Source of the DNA: Schizochytrium sp. TIO01
Lineage: Eukaryota > Protista > Bigyra: Labyrinthulomycetes
Direction: 5' to 3'
Assembly (NCBI GenBank): GCA_004764695.1
Contig: SMSO01000031.1
Coordinates: 2,022,436-2,086,435, forward strand
DNA length: 64,000 bases
Shown: piece by piece, positions 11,821 to 24,900 of the stretch
Layout of the letters: each line of letters begins with the position of its first letter
How positions within the stretch are numbered: position 1 is the stretch's first letter
The notes under the pieces: model-generated
Databases searched by the model: none
Told to the model about the DNA's origin: nothing
Seen by the model: only the letters and a program-made list of their open reading frames with translations
Made by a program: the position numbers and the translations under genes

Positions 11821-12582
11821 TTACTCAAATGCATACCTTTCATAGTCCATGTAACTTGGCAACCTGGCTGTGTAAATCGACAGTCCAACGCAAAGTATCA
11901 CTGAGACTGCCTGTAGAGGCATTCCAACTTTACAGCCTGTATTTACATCGCCATTAAGAATACTAAGCAAAGAAATGAGAAAATGAAGAACACATGCTCC
12001 CAACAGCCGGGGCAATGCATGCAGAAGCGGGTGCGAAGAGTTCCAGCGGCGTAGACCATCAAGAAAAATGATCATGAGTGCGATATGCATAATCTGATAC
12101 AAGAGAGCCAAGATGGAAGATGCTACAAAGCCACTAATATTCGGGCATGCATCAGTAAAGTAATCACCGTTTTCTAAACTGGCTGTCAAAGTACCTCCAT
12201 ATAGTAAGATGGTGCTCATCACACCAAAGCCGGTACCCATAGCCACTGCAGAGGAGAAGTCATTCAAAAGTCTCTTTTGATCCGTGCGGTGGCCTACGAG
12301 CTGTAGAATATGCCGATCCGCACGAAGATAAATCAGCAAAAGACCCAGACGGGCAAGTTCCTGGAAAAATACACCTACAACAATCGTCGCACTCGGCTCA
12401 TTCTGCATACCTTTGATGGCAAACCAGAAAATACCGGACACCACCATTGAGAGCAAACACATAAATGCTGAAGAGAGCGTGAGAAGCAAAAGCTGAGCTC
12501 TTCTGGCCAAAACACCAAAGAATAACACGGCTATAGGGCCATAGGAAAACACCAAAACACCCAAAAATTGTGCAAACGCCAT
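11821..12582 (-). CDS. APH1: Gamma-secretase subunit APH-1
   Basis: About seven TM helices, FSYGP near the N-terminus, QELARL, GTGFGVMS (GxxxG), conserved His in HIALM and LHFLIS. Start placed at ATG 12582 in AAG-ATG context; the track start is TTG. Confidence 0.9.
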   Translation of the reverse strand: MAFAQFLGVLVFSYGPIAVLFFGVLARRAQLLLLTLSSAFMCLLSMVVSGIFWFAIKGMQNEPSATIVVGVFFQELARLGLLLIYLRADRHILQLVGHRTDQKRLLNDFSSAVAMGTGFGVMSTILLYGGTLTASLENGDYFTDACPNISGFVASSILALLYQIMHIALMIIFLDGLRRWNSSHPLLHALPRLLGACVLHFLISLLSILNGDVNTGCKVGMPLQAVSVILCVGLSIYTARLPSYMDYERYAFE

Positions 12583-13369
12583 CTTAAACCGCAACAGAGC
12601 CTCTTCAACAGTCTCCTCCAGTGTTTCTTCTAATTATCTCGATCTCCTCCCTATTGAAAGTTTAAGCGCGTATATTCTGATCAGCCGCCAGCGTCACGGC
12701 AAAACACGAGCTAGAACTATTCAAGCGGGGAAAGTTAGACTTGGCAGTTCAATATACAAAGGATTGCCAAGTCGGCCACACGCCAAAATGGAGTGCCCCG
12801 ATCGTCCGCCTTGCGCAGCAGAGCCTGAACCAGCAATAACTCCAATGGCTATGCAAAGCCCTGGCCGCCTGTGCAAAGCGTCTGCGCTTTGCAGACCTCT
12901 TTGCCGTCGAACGTCTTGCAGTGAGCGAGCGAGTGTACGAATGCGTAAATGCATTGATTGTTGATTGTGCCCAGTTCGGCATCTCTGTGCACAACACTAA
13001 GTCACTATACTGAGGTCTTAGGAATTAAATTTACACATTTTTCTCACCGCTGTAGCATAGAATACAGCTGGTGATGTGAGTGTCACCTTGAGGCATGGAG
13101 GACTGCGAATGTCAACCCCAAGATCATGATGTTCTCAGGTTTTAACAGAGATTGGATGCTTTGGGAGCGCCTGATTGCGAAATTTTGACCCAACCATTCA
13201 CTCTGTGCGTACCCCCCAACGTAGGCCTTCATTAATTACAACGCAATGGTATGACAGGGGCAATTGGGGAGTGTCTGTGCTGTGAACGGCTAGCTTTGGG
13301 TTTTACACGACGCACTCACTGAATTGTAATCAATACATTGCAACAAAAGCCGATGAGGACTACAACATC

Positions 13370-16300
13370 ATGGAGGGAAAGACGCCTGCTGTAGGGCTGG
13401 ATGATGTTGGTAAAGGCGGCTGGAACGGGCTCACTAGCTTAGGGGCATCTGTTGGCAAATCGATTGGGACTCAAGAGGATGTCAGGGAAGAGCGTGAAGC
13501 TTCTTCCCGTGAAACCCCCCTTGTGGAGGATGGAGAAAACTGCAACAAAGCCCATACAGGTCATGGTGAGGATGGAAGAAATACGAGGATTGACAATAAT
13601 CGGGATGAGCTCGTCCAAGAGCACTATCTGGCACTGATTGAAGGACAAAACCCTTTGAGTGGCCTGCTTTCCAACAATGCCGTAGCCAAAGCTTGCGATG
13701 CCTTAAAAAGCCGCGATCAAGCGCTCATCGGGCAAATGACATCCTTCTTCAAAGAGGAACTACGTCAGCAAGTACGCGTACTCCAGCGCCAGCTAGCAAC
13801 ATGTAAAGAGAATGCTAACTTGTTACAGAGCACGAACAAAGGACTTGTGGCAAGCCTAAAGCGACGCGACGCCAGCTTAGAAGAGGAGCGTCGCTTGTAC
13901 TTGCAACAACTGCTTATAATAAAAGAAATGCATTTGAGCACACTTTCGACAAATAGAGATCCCATAGACCTACGGAATCTACGTGCAAAGGCTTTGCAAC
14001 AAGTCTCTGCGAACCTCTCGGAAACGGCGCTGGCTGTACTTTCAAAAATTGGCGTTGAGGCACCAGATATTCCTAAAGGTGCAGGCGCAGGTGCAAGTGC
14101 TGCTACAGATATAGAGGATGATTCTATGGAACGCCGAAACTCACTCGCAAACACCGTCGAAGGGCGACAACTGCATCAAGGAATGACTCATGAACAGCAG
14201 ATTCTTCTCCAGCAAAAACTTCAGCACATGATGGAGAAAAACGAAAAGTTAAATATTGAATTGCAAACGAGAAAAGATTTTCTGCGAAATGTGCAAAAGG
14301 AAAGAGACGAACTCAAGGAGAGTCTTAAGACCACAAGCCGTGAACTTCACGAGGAAATTGCATCATTAAAATCGCAGATTGAGCCAACATCCGCGGGATC
14401 GGCTTCCCATGTGACACAGACGAACGCCCATGCAACAGAATTAGCAGAAGCACTCGCCGAAGCCCAGAATCACATTCTTACACAGAATGAAACACTAAGC
14501 AACGTAAGATCAGAACTTCGAGACACTCAGAGGTCGATGGCAAAACTCGAAAAGGAAAACACAAGCCTGAAAGAATTATGCGATAAGTTGAACGCTCAGC
14601 TTGTTGAAAGTCTTCACCAAGCGAGGTCAAATCTTGCCTCTGCAAAGCAAGCTCAATCAGAGAAGCAGGAAGATGCGCCTAATGAAGCACAGCCTCTAAC
14701 AAACAAAAAATCACCAACAAACCTGATGATGTCAAAAAAATCGTCATCACGTGCAAAGGTTACGTCGAAAAGTTCATTCATATCGTCAGAAAGTCAAAGC
14801 TTCCAAGCTTCGTTCGAGAAGGAAAAGTTTAATAGTATGAAACAGAGTTTGCCTATGGAAACTGCTAAAGATGGCCCAGTTCTAGTTTCTCTAGAAGACC
14901 AAGCAACTGATGCCGAAGCAGCTTCGGATGCGATCTCTATACAAGATTTTACAACTCGGGTGACTGAACAAATAGTTGCGAGGAAACAACAAAAGAAAGA
15001 ATTGAAACGACATGCTAGTCTACCCATGGTAAATGGAGTTCCCGAACAAGAGCAGAATGGTGTCGCAAAGGGGAATAAAATCTTGTCAGTACCTTCGATT
15101 GAAGACAGTGCAAAAGTTGAAAAAGAACCTTATGAATTATCGCTTGCATCCCCACCTCGAGCGTTTGATTCCGAATATAATCTAGCAGAAAATGAGGTCG
15201 AAGGTGTGTATCAGATGACTCCACGACGACCTGCAAAGCCCCGTATCTCGATGGGGAGGCGACGAAGAGCATCGTGCGCCTCACCTAAGCGAACATCAAG
15301 CATGTGCTCAGTCGAAAGCTCAGTTGATGCTGCAGAACTTCGTGTTCACCCGAAAGGAATGATGAAATCTATCGGAGTTGAAGCAAAGTTGGGGAAGTGG
15401 ATGACTGATGACGAGTTTAAGATCTGGAAGGAGCACCAGAAGACTATTGACGCAGACCTTGAGCGCACCTGTAATACAGTATGTAAGCTGGAGCAAGAGC
15501 TTGATCAAGCAGTCGAAGAATGCAATTCGGCTTGGGAAACTGCAGAACGCTTAGAAAGGGAAAAGATGGATGTGCTTCTTGCATTGCATAATCAAGAAAA
15601 AGAACTGACTTCTGTCTCTGACGAACTGTCAGTGACCAAAAAGGCACTTGCTCTAGCAGGACCACCTTCAACGACATCAAAGTCGGGACATGGGCGAAGT
15701 ATGCAGAAATCTGCTAGTCACCAGTCCCAAGGCGGGCCTGCAAGGTTTCTGAGGTCCTCTAAATCAAGTAATAGTCTTTTAGAGATGGTTGAGTCAGACC
15801 AGGGGACTGACGTGATTGACGTTGAGAACCCACATAAAAGCGTAGATTCTGGGCATGCTAAAATTAAGTTACAGACAACGATACGACGGCTGAGTAGAAC
15901 AGGCTCTTCTCAGCAGCTTCTTGGAAAGCAAAGCACGAATAAGGCCAGTTTACAGCAAGTCATTGGAGGTCTTCAAGATCTGTCATCAAATGGGAATAGG
16001 CAAAAGTCGCGGTGGAGTATTTTACTTCAGAAAAATGCAAAATCCAATATGATAGTGAGCAAAATGCGAGAATTTAAGCGCACTGCATTGGCAAACAGAT
16101 CAACAAAGCTACAGACAGACTTAAACCGAGCGACAAACCTCGAAAGAGTTGTCAGGCAGCTTCGGCACGAACTGGTAGCTGCACGCCTAAGCTTAGATAG
16201 TCTTTCTAACAAGCCTTCGGACGAAGCAAAAGTGCAAATCATACGGAGGCTCTTAGAAAATGAAGAGAATCTTGTTCAAGACAATGATGCAGAGGAAGCA

Positions 16301-16972
16301 TATGCGACTTCGCAGTACCCGTCCATGCTAAGCCTTGGACTGGACCTTTTAACACGACAGTGCGCAACGGATACCAGTCTTAGTGCTGTAGCTGTAGAAA
16401 ACTACAAGGTTATGCTAAGTATGATGGAGTCTGGACTCCATGCAAGTATTCCAAGCACACGTACAAGCCTTGAGCTGTCCCCGGTACTCATGCAAGTATT
16501 ACAAGCTCTCGACAGACTTGCGGTCGCAGGTCACGCATGGCGAGAGCTACGCTTATTTCGTGCAAGAACTCGCTGGCAACTTTTTGTCGCTCAGCTGACT
16601 TTAGACCAATGTATTCTGCGCCGTGATTACATCGTAAATCATTTAGCCTCTAAAAACCATGAGCATCGCCTCCTCAAGATATTACACTCCATGTGTTACC
16701 GTGAACAATCTATGATGTCAAAGCTTGAGCGTCAGCTCGGAAAATTTGTGCAACAAGGGATTATTTTAAGGCGCCTCATGGTGCAGTTTTGTGTAGAGGT
16801 CTCCATCAAAGCAGGGGTTTGTACAGAAACTAGCAAAGGGCCCATGATGGATATGTTGACAAAGCATGCCGAGCCTCCAGATGCCGAGGTTCTTCGAAAA
16901 GCTCAGGAGAATCTAGAGCGATCCTTTTTGGAGCGAGCACAGGCCTCTGAAACAAAGAAACGAGCTGCTTGA
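13370..16972 (+). CDS. Large coiled-coil protein, function unknown
   Basis: 1200-aa ATG-initiated ORF with several heptad-like E/K/L/Q-rich stretches separated by Ser-rich disordered regions. Confidence 0.8.
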   Translation: MEGKTPAVGLDDVGKGGWNGLTSLGASVGKSIGTQEDVREEREASSRETPLVEDGENCNKAHTGHGEDGRNTRIDNNRDELVQEHYLALIEGQNPLSGLLSNNAVAKACDALKSRDQALIGQMTSFFKEELRQQVRVLQRQLATCKENANLLQSTNKGLVASLKRRDASLEEERRLYLQQLLIIKEMHLSTLSTNRDPIDLRNLRAKALQQVSANLSETALAVLSKIGVEAPDIPKGAGAGASAATDIEDDSMERRNSLANTVEGRQLHQGMTHEQQILLQQKLQHMMEKNEKLNIELQTRKDFLRNVQKERDELKESLKTTSRELHEEIASLKSQIEPTSAGSASHVTQTNAHATELAEALAEAQNHILTQNETLSNVRSELRDTQRSMAKLEKENTSLKELCDKLNAQLVESLHQARSNLASAKQAQSEKQEDAPNEAQPLTNKKSPTNLMMSKKSSSRAKVTSKSSFISSESQSFQASFEKEKFNSMKQSLPMETAKDGPVLVSLEDQATDAEAASDAISIQDFTTRVTEQIVARKQQKKELKRHASLPMVNGVPEQEQNGVAKGNKILSVPSIEDSAKVEKEPYELSLASPPRAFDSEYNLAENEVEGVYQMTPRRPAKPRISMGRRRRASCASPKRTSSMCSVESSVDAAELRVHPKGMMKSIGVEAKLGKWMTDDEFKIWKEHQKTIDADLERTCNTVCKLEQELDQAVEECNSAWETAERLEREKMDVLLALHNQEKELTSVSDELSVTKKALALAGPPSTTSKSGHGRSMQKSASHQSQGGPARFLRSSKSSNSLLEMVESDQGTDVIDVENPHKSVDSGHAKIKLQTTIRRLSRTGSSQQLLGKQSTNKASLQQVIGGLQDLSSNGNRQKSRWSILLQKNAKSNMIVSKMREFKRTALANRSTKLQTDLNRATNLERVVRQLRHELVAARLSLDSLSNKPSDEAKVQIIRRLLENEENLVQDNDAEEAYATSQYPSMLSLGLDLLTRQCATDTSLSAVAVENYKVMLSMMESGLHASIPSTRTSLELSPVLMQVLQALDRLAVAGHAWRELRLFRARTRWQLFVAQLTLDQCILRRDYIVNHLASKNHEHRLLKILHSMCYREQSMMSKLERQLGKFVQQGIILRRLMVQFCVEVSIKAGVCTETSKGPMMDMLTKHAEPPDAEVLRKAQENLERSFLERAQASETKKRAA

Positions 16973-17863
16973 CCAGAATGTTAAAGTCAAAGACAAAGTG
17001 ACGCAATTGAAAGAAAAACAGAAAATCAGATGGTAACTGTTAATGGTGCACGGCATAGATGAGATCTAAGTAGGGTCTGTTGCGGTTGGCCAAATAATCG
17101 AAATCAAAGACTCTTTATACTGTTTTCTTGTTGAAGAACCCTTTCTTTGGGTTTGGCAAGTGAGAGCGGCAATACTCGTGACATCGATTAATAACTTACT
17201 CATGATACGGAAAGTAAAAAAGACAGTTAAGAAACAGAGACAGAAGAGGTGAATAGCCCCTATTTGTACTTCAAGGCAAAACTATACATGATCTCGATAT
17301 GTGAAAGCAATGAACAATATATATAAAGCTGGGTTTAGGAATGTAATGCTTCTCAAATTTCCGTTGTCGGTATGTAGGTAGGTAGGGTACTTTCGAGTGT
17401 CATCGTAAGCACTTTCTGTGGGGATAAGGGATCTTGTTAGCTTGCTGTTGGCCTAATATATGCATGATGCCATAAGATGGACCCTACGCCGCCGTTGCTC
17501 CGATGTACTTCAGATCAGCTCATTTAGTCTTAAAACAGGTTCGCTCTCCAAGGAAAACCAAAGGAAGAAGAAATGGAAGAACGAGAGGCACCAACAATGC
17601 GATGCGAGCAGAGGCTGTAGGTCAAATGTGAACGAATATCTTTCTGGCGAAATCATGCAAATGCTTACATGAGACAGGGACACCTTTTAGTGTGCGGAAG
17701 GTTGGAAGATGCATGAGTCTCTATTGTTGAGTAGAAGTATATATCTTGGCTACCATGGGGATAGACATGGCTGAACATCTAGGCTGTTGTAGAAGAAGAA
17801 GAAGAAGAAGTAGTAGTAGTAGTAGTGGGCTATATTGGGTTGTGTGTGTTGTTAACATGACAT

Positions 17864-18847
17864 TTATGCGGACTCGGCCTTCTCCATCTCTTCCTGAACA
17901 ATGGCAAGGTCACGCTGACCACCAACGAAGATAGGCACACGCTGGTGCACGGAGGTGGGAACAATGTCGAGGATGCGTTGTCCCTTGCCGGCAATAGAGA
18001 TACCTCCAGCGTTCTCAATGATCATGGACATTGGGTTGGCTTCGTAGAGAAGACGGAGCTTGGGGCCAGGTGCGGCGGGGTACATAAAGATACCGTTGTA
18101 GAGAAGGGTGCGGTGAAGGTCAGAAACCATGGATCCTACATAACGTGCGGAGTAGGAGCTGTCCTTGAACCTTGCGACGAGCGCCTTGACTGCGGAATCG
18201 AAGTGTTTTCCGTTACCCTCGTTAATGGAGAAGATCTTCTTGCCGGGGCTCGGGATCTTCATGTCGCGGGCGGTGAGCACGAACTCACCAACAGACGGGT
18301 CGAGCGTGAAGAGGTGGACACCCTTGCCAAAGGTAAGCACAATTTGGGTGGAGGATCCGTACATGCAGTACAGAGCCGCCTCGAGGTCCTTACCGGGTCT
18401 CAGGGCGTCCTCCACAGTGGGCTCAGCATCGGGGTCCTCACGGCGGTAGATACTGACGATGGAGCCGGTGGACACGTTACAGTCGATGTTGCTGGAGCCA
18501 TCAAGAGGATCAAAGCATACGCAGTACTTGCCCTTGCCGAGGATGATAGGCTCCTCGACCTCCTCACTGACGAGGATGGCGGCCTTTGTGCAGCTGCGGA
18601 GGGCGCTCACGAAGCTGTCGTGGGCAATGATATCGAGCTTCTTCACCTCCTCACCCTGGACGTTCACGCTGCCTTCCATGCCGTAGAGGTTCATGATGCC
18701 AGCCTTGCGCACGGCGCTTGAGACGGCCTTGCATGCGAGCGCAATGGCGTTCACAAGGATTGAAAAGTCTCCAGTGGCCTCCTCATGGCTCTGCTGGAGG
18801 CTCAGAATGAACCCAGTGAGGGTCTCGAGCTCATGGTTCATATCCAT
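17864..18847 (-). CDS. FBP: Fructose-1,6-bisphosphatase class I, cytosolic type
   Basis: NVQGEEVKKLD, LVSEE, FDPLDGSSNIDCN, SINEGN, RYVGSMVSD, KLRLLYEANPM. No targeting extension. Strong GC3 codon bias. Confidence 0.98.
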   Translation of the reverse strand: MDMNHELETLTGFILSLQQSHEEATGDFSILVNAIALACKAVSSAVRKAGIMNLYGMEGSVNVQGEEVKKLDIIAHDSFVSALRSCTKAAILVSEEVEEPIILGKGKYCVCFDPLDGSSNIDCNVSTGSIVSIYRREDPDAEPTVEDALRPGKDLEAALYCMYGSSTQIVLTFGKGVHLFTLDPSVGEFVLTARDMKIPSPGKKIFSINEGNGKHFDSAVKALVARFKDSSYSARYVGSMVSDLHRTLLYNGIFMYPAAPGPKLRLLYEANPMSMIIENAGGISIAGKGQRILDIVPTSVHQRVPIFVGGQRDLAIVQEEMEKAESA

Positions 18848-18853
18848 CTTGAC

Positions 18854-18876
18854 TGCTGCTGCTGCTGCTGCTGCTG
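18854..18876. repeat. (GCA)n tract in the likely FBP 5' leader
   Basis: Tandem TGC on the + strand ending a few nt upstream of the FBP ATG. Confidence 0.85.
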
Positions 18877-19020
18877 CGGCTGAGGCTGAGGCTGCTCTTC
18901 CTTGCTATACGTGATCTGTGCGATGAGGGTGTCTCGGTCAAGATTCGCGAGCGTCGTGTTAGGTATTTGCTGGTCCCAGCACCGGGCTTCGATCGACTCA
19001 CTGTCTCAATCGTTGATCGA

Positions 19021-19095
19021 TAAATAATCAAACAAACAAACAAACAAATAAATAAATAAACAAACAAACAAACAAAATCTATCTATCTATATCTA
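19021..19095. repeat. Compound (AAAC)/(AAAT)/(ATCT) microsatellite
   Basis: Direct reading. Confidence 0.9.
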
Positions 19096-19394
19096 ACTAT
19101 CAAACAACTAAACAGATATATTTTTTCTCTCTCGCTGGCAAAGATCGTCCACTATCAGTCATTACTAATCAATCGCTATCAACCATTACTGGTCAACACT
19201 TATACAGCATCGATAAAATGATCAATATAGCACTACAGTGCTTTCTTTCAAAGCATCATTATTATCCCTCATCGGTTCCAAAAGAAGCTTCAAAACTCGT
19301 AAAGAAAGGAACGCAGCGAATAGGAACAACACTGCTTTTATCGTCGCTGTTCTTCTCGCTCACTCTTGAAGTGCCTCTTTCCAGTGAAACACCA

Positions 19395-19561
<167 letters not shown>

Positions 19562-19922
19562 TCCGTATACTACTATATAGCAAGAAACTACCTCCAACTT
19601 AATATAATCCTAACACCACTACTACTGCACTATATCAAAGGTACATTCAATTTATAAATTACAAAATAAAATAAAAACACTAGTACACTGTATATATAAT
19701 GTACCTATAATCGCACAATTAATTGTTAGTAGAATATCCAAAAGTAGCAGAAATGCGGAGTCAATCGTCTTCGCGCCTTCTCTCCTGAGCTCAATATAGC
19801 TGCGCAGAGGTTCCTCTCTAAGCGCGGAAGCGCCTCGAACCTTCTCACTCTGTAGTCATTACGCCGGCTTTCCCTCCTGTCATGCGCCTACGAATCAAAG
19901 CCGCGTGTTTTCAGAACAGCTT

Positions 19923-20058
<136 letters not shown>

Positions 20059-20310
20059 TGTAGAAAATGTCTGTTTAAAAAAAAATGTTTAAAAAGTTAT
20101 TAAAATGTAAAAGATGTAATTAAAATGATCATGACATTGTTGCAGTCTATGATCGACGATGGGTTGACAGTGAGTAAATTGCTGCTGACGGCGAGGCTGA
20201 CGGCAGCGATGACGCTGCTTAATGATGACCAGCAGAAACGCGCGTCGCCGAGTGCTCTCTCTCGATCTTTCTTTGGGCTGCTTTCAAAGCCTCGCAGGGA
20301 TCATCCACCC

Positions 20311-20341
<31 letters not shown>
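20311..20341. repeat. (ATCA)n microsatellite
   Basis: Direct reading. Confidence 0.95.
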
Positions 20342-20342
<1 letters not shown>

Positions 20343-21873
20343 ATCTCCAAGATCTTCAATCTTTCCGCATCTCTTCCTCATGGTTTCGAGGCGCTTCTTC
20401 TTCCTCTGTCCTGCCTCTTTCTTTCTTTTTTTTATTTTACCTCCTACCGTGTTACCTAACCACGCACTAGCATCGCGGGGTTTTCACTTGCAGAAATATT
20501 TTATTTTATATATATTTTAAAATAAGTACATTCACTACTAGTACTACTTATAGCCGCCGCTAGAAGACCCCCACGCTCTGTCCTCACTCCGCTTTTCCTT
20601 TTGCCTTTAAAACCTTTAAAACCTTCAAAGGCTGTGGAACATTCGGAACAAAGCGTGGGCCCCTAGTATCTCCTAATTGGGGGTGAATTAGTGGAACATG
20701 TGGGCCTTACTAAACTGCGGGTAAGTTATAGATCATGCAAAAGGCAGAGAACGGGAGAACGGCGCTTCCGCTGAGGCTCGGCTGAGCTTGATTGCAAATA
20801 AGAGCCTGAGGTCTCCGCGACGCGACGATGGATGGCAAATTTAGTACAACCCCCAATGCTCTCGAGGCCATTTATTCACGTCCACCCACCCATCCACATG
20901 CGTTTGCATTGACTGTTTTTCTGGAGACACTCGCATTCTGCATTCGCATTTTCAAGACCAAGTTGAAGTTCATTCCGTGTGCCGGGTAATAGATCCATAG
21001 AGAACATTGCGGAAACTTGAGAACTTGGAATATCATGGCATAATTGGCCAAATGAGTGAGCGGAAACCTTGGCGCTTCGAGGTCGGCACCGTCAACGGCC
21101 ATCATCAGAGCCGAAGTCATCGTAGTCAACAGCGTTCCACCTCCTTTGAAGAGCATGGCCACGACTCGTCTGAAAAGCAAATGGAAATGGACGAATAAAT
21201 GCAATACCATTCACAGGACATCTACAATTTGCACATAGCTTTATATAGCTCATTCATCATATGATTGTAAAGCAACTTTTTATTCGGCTGACATCATTCT
21301 TCAATTAAGAATTAACATATATCCATTAATTCTCGAAAGCTTATTTATTCTATTTAAAAAGAAAAACATGATGGGATGACCCCTCCTTCCTTATCGCTTC
21401 TGTTACCGCTTATCATATGCTTACTCCTATTTAAAAAACTTTAAAAACTAGAAAAAACAGAAACTTGATTAGCCAAATAATTGGAGGAGTAATAACACAC
21501 TAACAAACCTCAATACATATTTTAAAACAAAAACAACAAAGATAAAAGAAAACATTCATCCCTTTAACTTGTGCACACTCCCAGCTTGTCCCTTACCATG
21601 TACCTCATACCCTAATTCCTAACACCTCTCACCCTTGACATCTGTCCCCGCCTGGGCCTCATCCTGCTTCTCTGCGCCTCTTTCTGCTCGGGAATCGCAG
21701 TCCCATCCATCGTGGTTAAAGGCCAAACCAACATACAAACAAACAAGTCCGTCGATCTCTCCCGCGACCTCCTGAGATGAGGCCCACCGGCCCTCCTTAG
21801 CAGCTGCTTAAGCGCTCTTCGGCTTTGTTTGCGGCTCCCAACGGACAGTCTTCTGCCTTTGAGTGGGCGTCGT

Positions 21874-21937
21874 TCATTCATTCAATTCAATCAATTCATT
21901 CATTTCATTCATTTCATTCATTTCATTCATTTCATTC
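21874..21937. repeat. (TTCA)n grading into a 9-mer (TTTCATTCA)n repeat
   Basis: Direct reading. Confidence 0.9.
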
Positions 21938-24900
21938 TATTGTTGCACGAAATTCACCTTTTTCGTCATTTCTCCTTCCTTTTAGACCACAGATTCGCAC
22001 ATCCTCCTTAACACAGCCCATACCCCTTCGTCTTAGCCACAGCCACAGCGGCACTTTAAGGTGCCACCGTGCGGCCTTTATTTCACCTTCGCCTTCCTTC
22101 CTGCAAGCCCTTCTTCAAGCTCTATACAAAAAGTTCCTTTGTAAACCCCTACTATCGGCTGGTGAAGATAAGATGGTCCATGTAAAGGGGGCACAAGGGA
22201 ATTTTTTGAGCAATTGAAAAGCGCTGCTTAGTTCCTATAAAAGGCAACTGGAGAAGACACGAAGAGGCGCGAATGGCTGACTTTGGGTGGAGGACGGGGA
22301 GTAGCTAGCTCCTTGGAGGCCGAGGAGGCCCTCCCCCGGGCCTGCCCTGGACCCCGCGTAGGGCTAGCTAGCTAGCTATCCTGCCAGCTGCCCAAGCATC
22401 ACGATGGACTCGCGGTAGGTTCCAAGGTTCTCTCGCTCTGTTTGTTGATCTTTATTTTCATTTTATCTACTGTAAAGAAGAGTTGAGTTTCGTTTAGACG
22501 TTCTTATTGTTGTTGTTGTTGCTGTTGTTGTTCTTTTCTGCGTAGTAGCAGTTGGTTAGTCAATGTGTAACTAGCCTATGGAAGGTAGTAATTGGCATGT
22601 GGAACAGAACACTGTTGTTGATTGAATGTAAAAAGAAATGGGAGTGCTCCAGAACCGCGTTTGGGAGATGTGCAACGCGACGAAGGGGTGAAGAACTGAT
22701 AGAGCTGGGATACGTATGACAGTGTGTAGCGATGGGAGCGGACATGCAGTAAAGGATTAGCTAAAATATTGAGTGAGCAAGCATCGATGGGGAAGTGCGA
22801 TGCCTTCGGGCAGTAGTAATAACGAGGTTTGTGCTGTTTGCTCATTACAAAAGAAAGCCTAGTTCCTTAAGGCTTCAAATTGCTCAGACGTGTAGGTCCC
22901 TCTAACAAGACCTTTGGCACCGCGGGAAGCCCGAATTTTATTTTGTTGGATTTATAGAACGTATCCGTGATGGAGCTCAATCTCAATCTTTATTTATAAA
23001 TTCGCAGCATCTTCTGTAAGACATAGTTGGTTCACAGTTTGAACCTGGTGATTTACTTAGCTTGGATGGACCCGCGCCAAAATATGGAGCTGGGATTCAC
23101 TCACACAACTTTCTGTGGATTTGCACACATGACTCGACAGTTGAAGATCTATAAGCGATATATTTGACGATATCGTTGATCATGTATGTCAATCTATGTT
23201 TTTCATGAACATAGCAATGCCACATATGCTCTCCAATCTCGCTTCTCAATCCGAGAAGTTTGATCAATCTGAGAGAGGGTCACGAAGGGATGAGGACAAG
23301 CACCTTGCATTAGAAATGGAGATACGACATAAAATGTAAATTTATGGTTTGAGAATAAATAGAAATATCTTAAGATAATCTTGTCTAATTTTGTAAGGAT
23401 GCCCAAATAGAAAATAACTCGAAACATACACTGCTCAACCTTGTTACCACATTTACATTAGTATACTTTGTAAGATGAATCAGTGTGGCATTTGAAGTAA
23501 TGCTCTACATATCATAGGTGGCTCCTGAAGATGAAGAAAGAATTCCATAACGCATTGGAATTTTCTATGTACTTGAGACACGATGGAACTGAAAAGATAT
23601 CGCACACTACGTCATCTTCTAAGTCATTTCTGGAAACACTTCGAGGTTCGCGCTAACTTACGATCGTTGGAAATGTAGCATCAACTTACTTCGAAGAAGT
23701 AAGCACATGCAGATTTAGTTTTTCTAAAATGTTTCAAGATTTGATGCAAGCTAAGAGTTTGGCAATTCAGAAGCAAACGAAAACATCATTACAACAACCT
23801 GAATGTAAATTGGCGGCAGAAGCCATATGAGTATTTAATATTTTCACACAAAGGATAATCAACTGTTCTATGAATAATTAATTGATCATTAATAAGCAGA
23901 ACGATATTCGTCTGCAAATCACCCATATAATCCAATGTGTGGCAGAAGCCAAGTGCTCCAATTGTTCAAAAGAAATATTCTTGCTTTCTATGCCTCAAAT
24001 AGTAGCAATGCTCCATATGTCTTGTCCCGCATCTTTATTATCAGTCAAATCGGAGTAATCTTTGGAAAATAAAAGTCAAAGCAAAACAGGAAAAAACATC
24101 CAGGCACCTGGGGAGGTTTTTATCTCTCAACTTCTTAAACATCATTACGATGGTAGGCTGCCAACCTGTGATGCTCTTCTATCTGATTTACACTTCTTTT
24201 TTCTTTTTTCTCTTAAAAATAAAAATAAAATAAATTTATGTCTATGGTATAGTTGCATAGAATTATAGTTATGCTTCAAATCTTTTTCTTTTTCTTTTTC
24301 TTTAGTCATAATTTTAACTTTAATCACAAAATCATTGTTTTCTGAGCAGTGACGAGGCAGGCAAGTTCCAAGACGTACCTACGTATGCCACCAGGAACTA
24401 AAAGACGATCAAACTGCGAACGAAGATAAAGGCGAATAGCGAGGATAGACCCGCTCTTAGACTGATGTAATACCAATACAAAAAGAAGGCTTCGAGCGTC
24501 TCTTCACTGACGTATTTGTGCTTAGATTGATGCCCTCTAGAAAATAATAGGCAAGTGTACCGAAGCGAAAACAGCAGCAAAGCAAAGCAAAACAAAACAA
24601 ATTAATTTGCAAACCATGGTATTACAATCTAAAGGCTCTCGATATAACCGCGGATGACATCGAAATAAACCGTGGGACTGTCGGCCTGATCCTCACCTCG
24701 AGTTCCTCTGAAGATCCTAAAGAAAGTCAGCTTCTCTGAATTTTGGTATGCAGATTTGGTCTGGGTCTTGGTCTTAAAGGTAAGAAAACATGGGAACGCG
24801 TCACCCTCGAGGAAGACAACGCGATGCTTCAGGTGGGTAAACCAGACACGTGCGTGACTTTGAAGTGCATGAGTAGGCCTCATGCAAAAAGAGCATTGAG

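Noticed and set aside
17945-18721. 258-aa + strand ORF
   Set aside because: Antisense shadow of the strongly codon-biased FBP gene. Other nested short ORFs inside long genes were rejected for the same reason.
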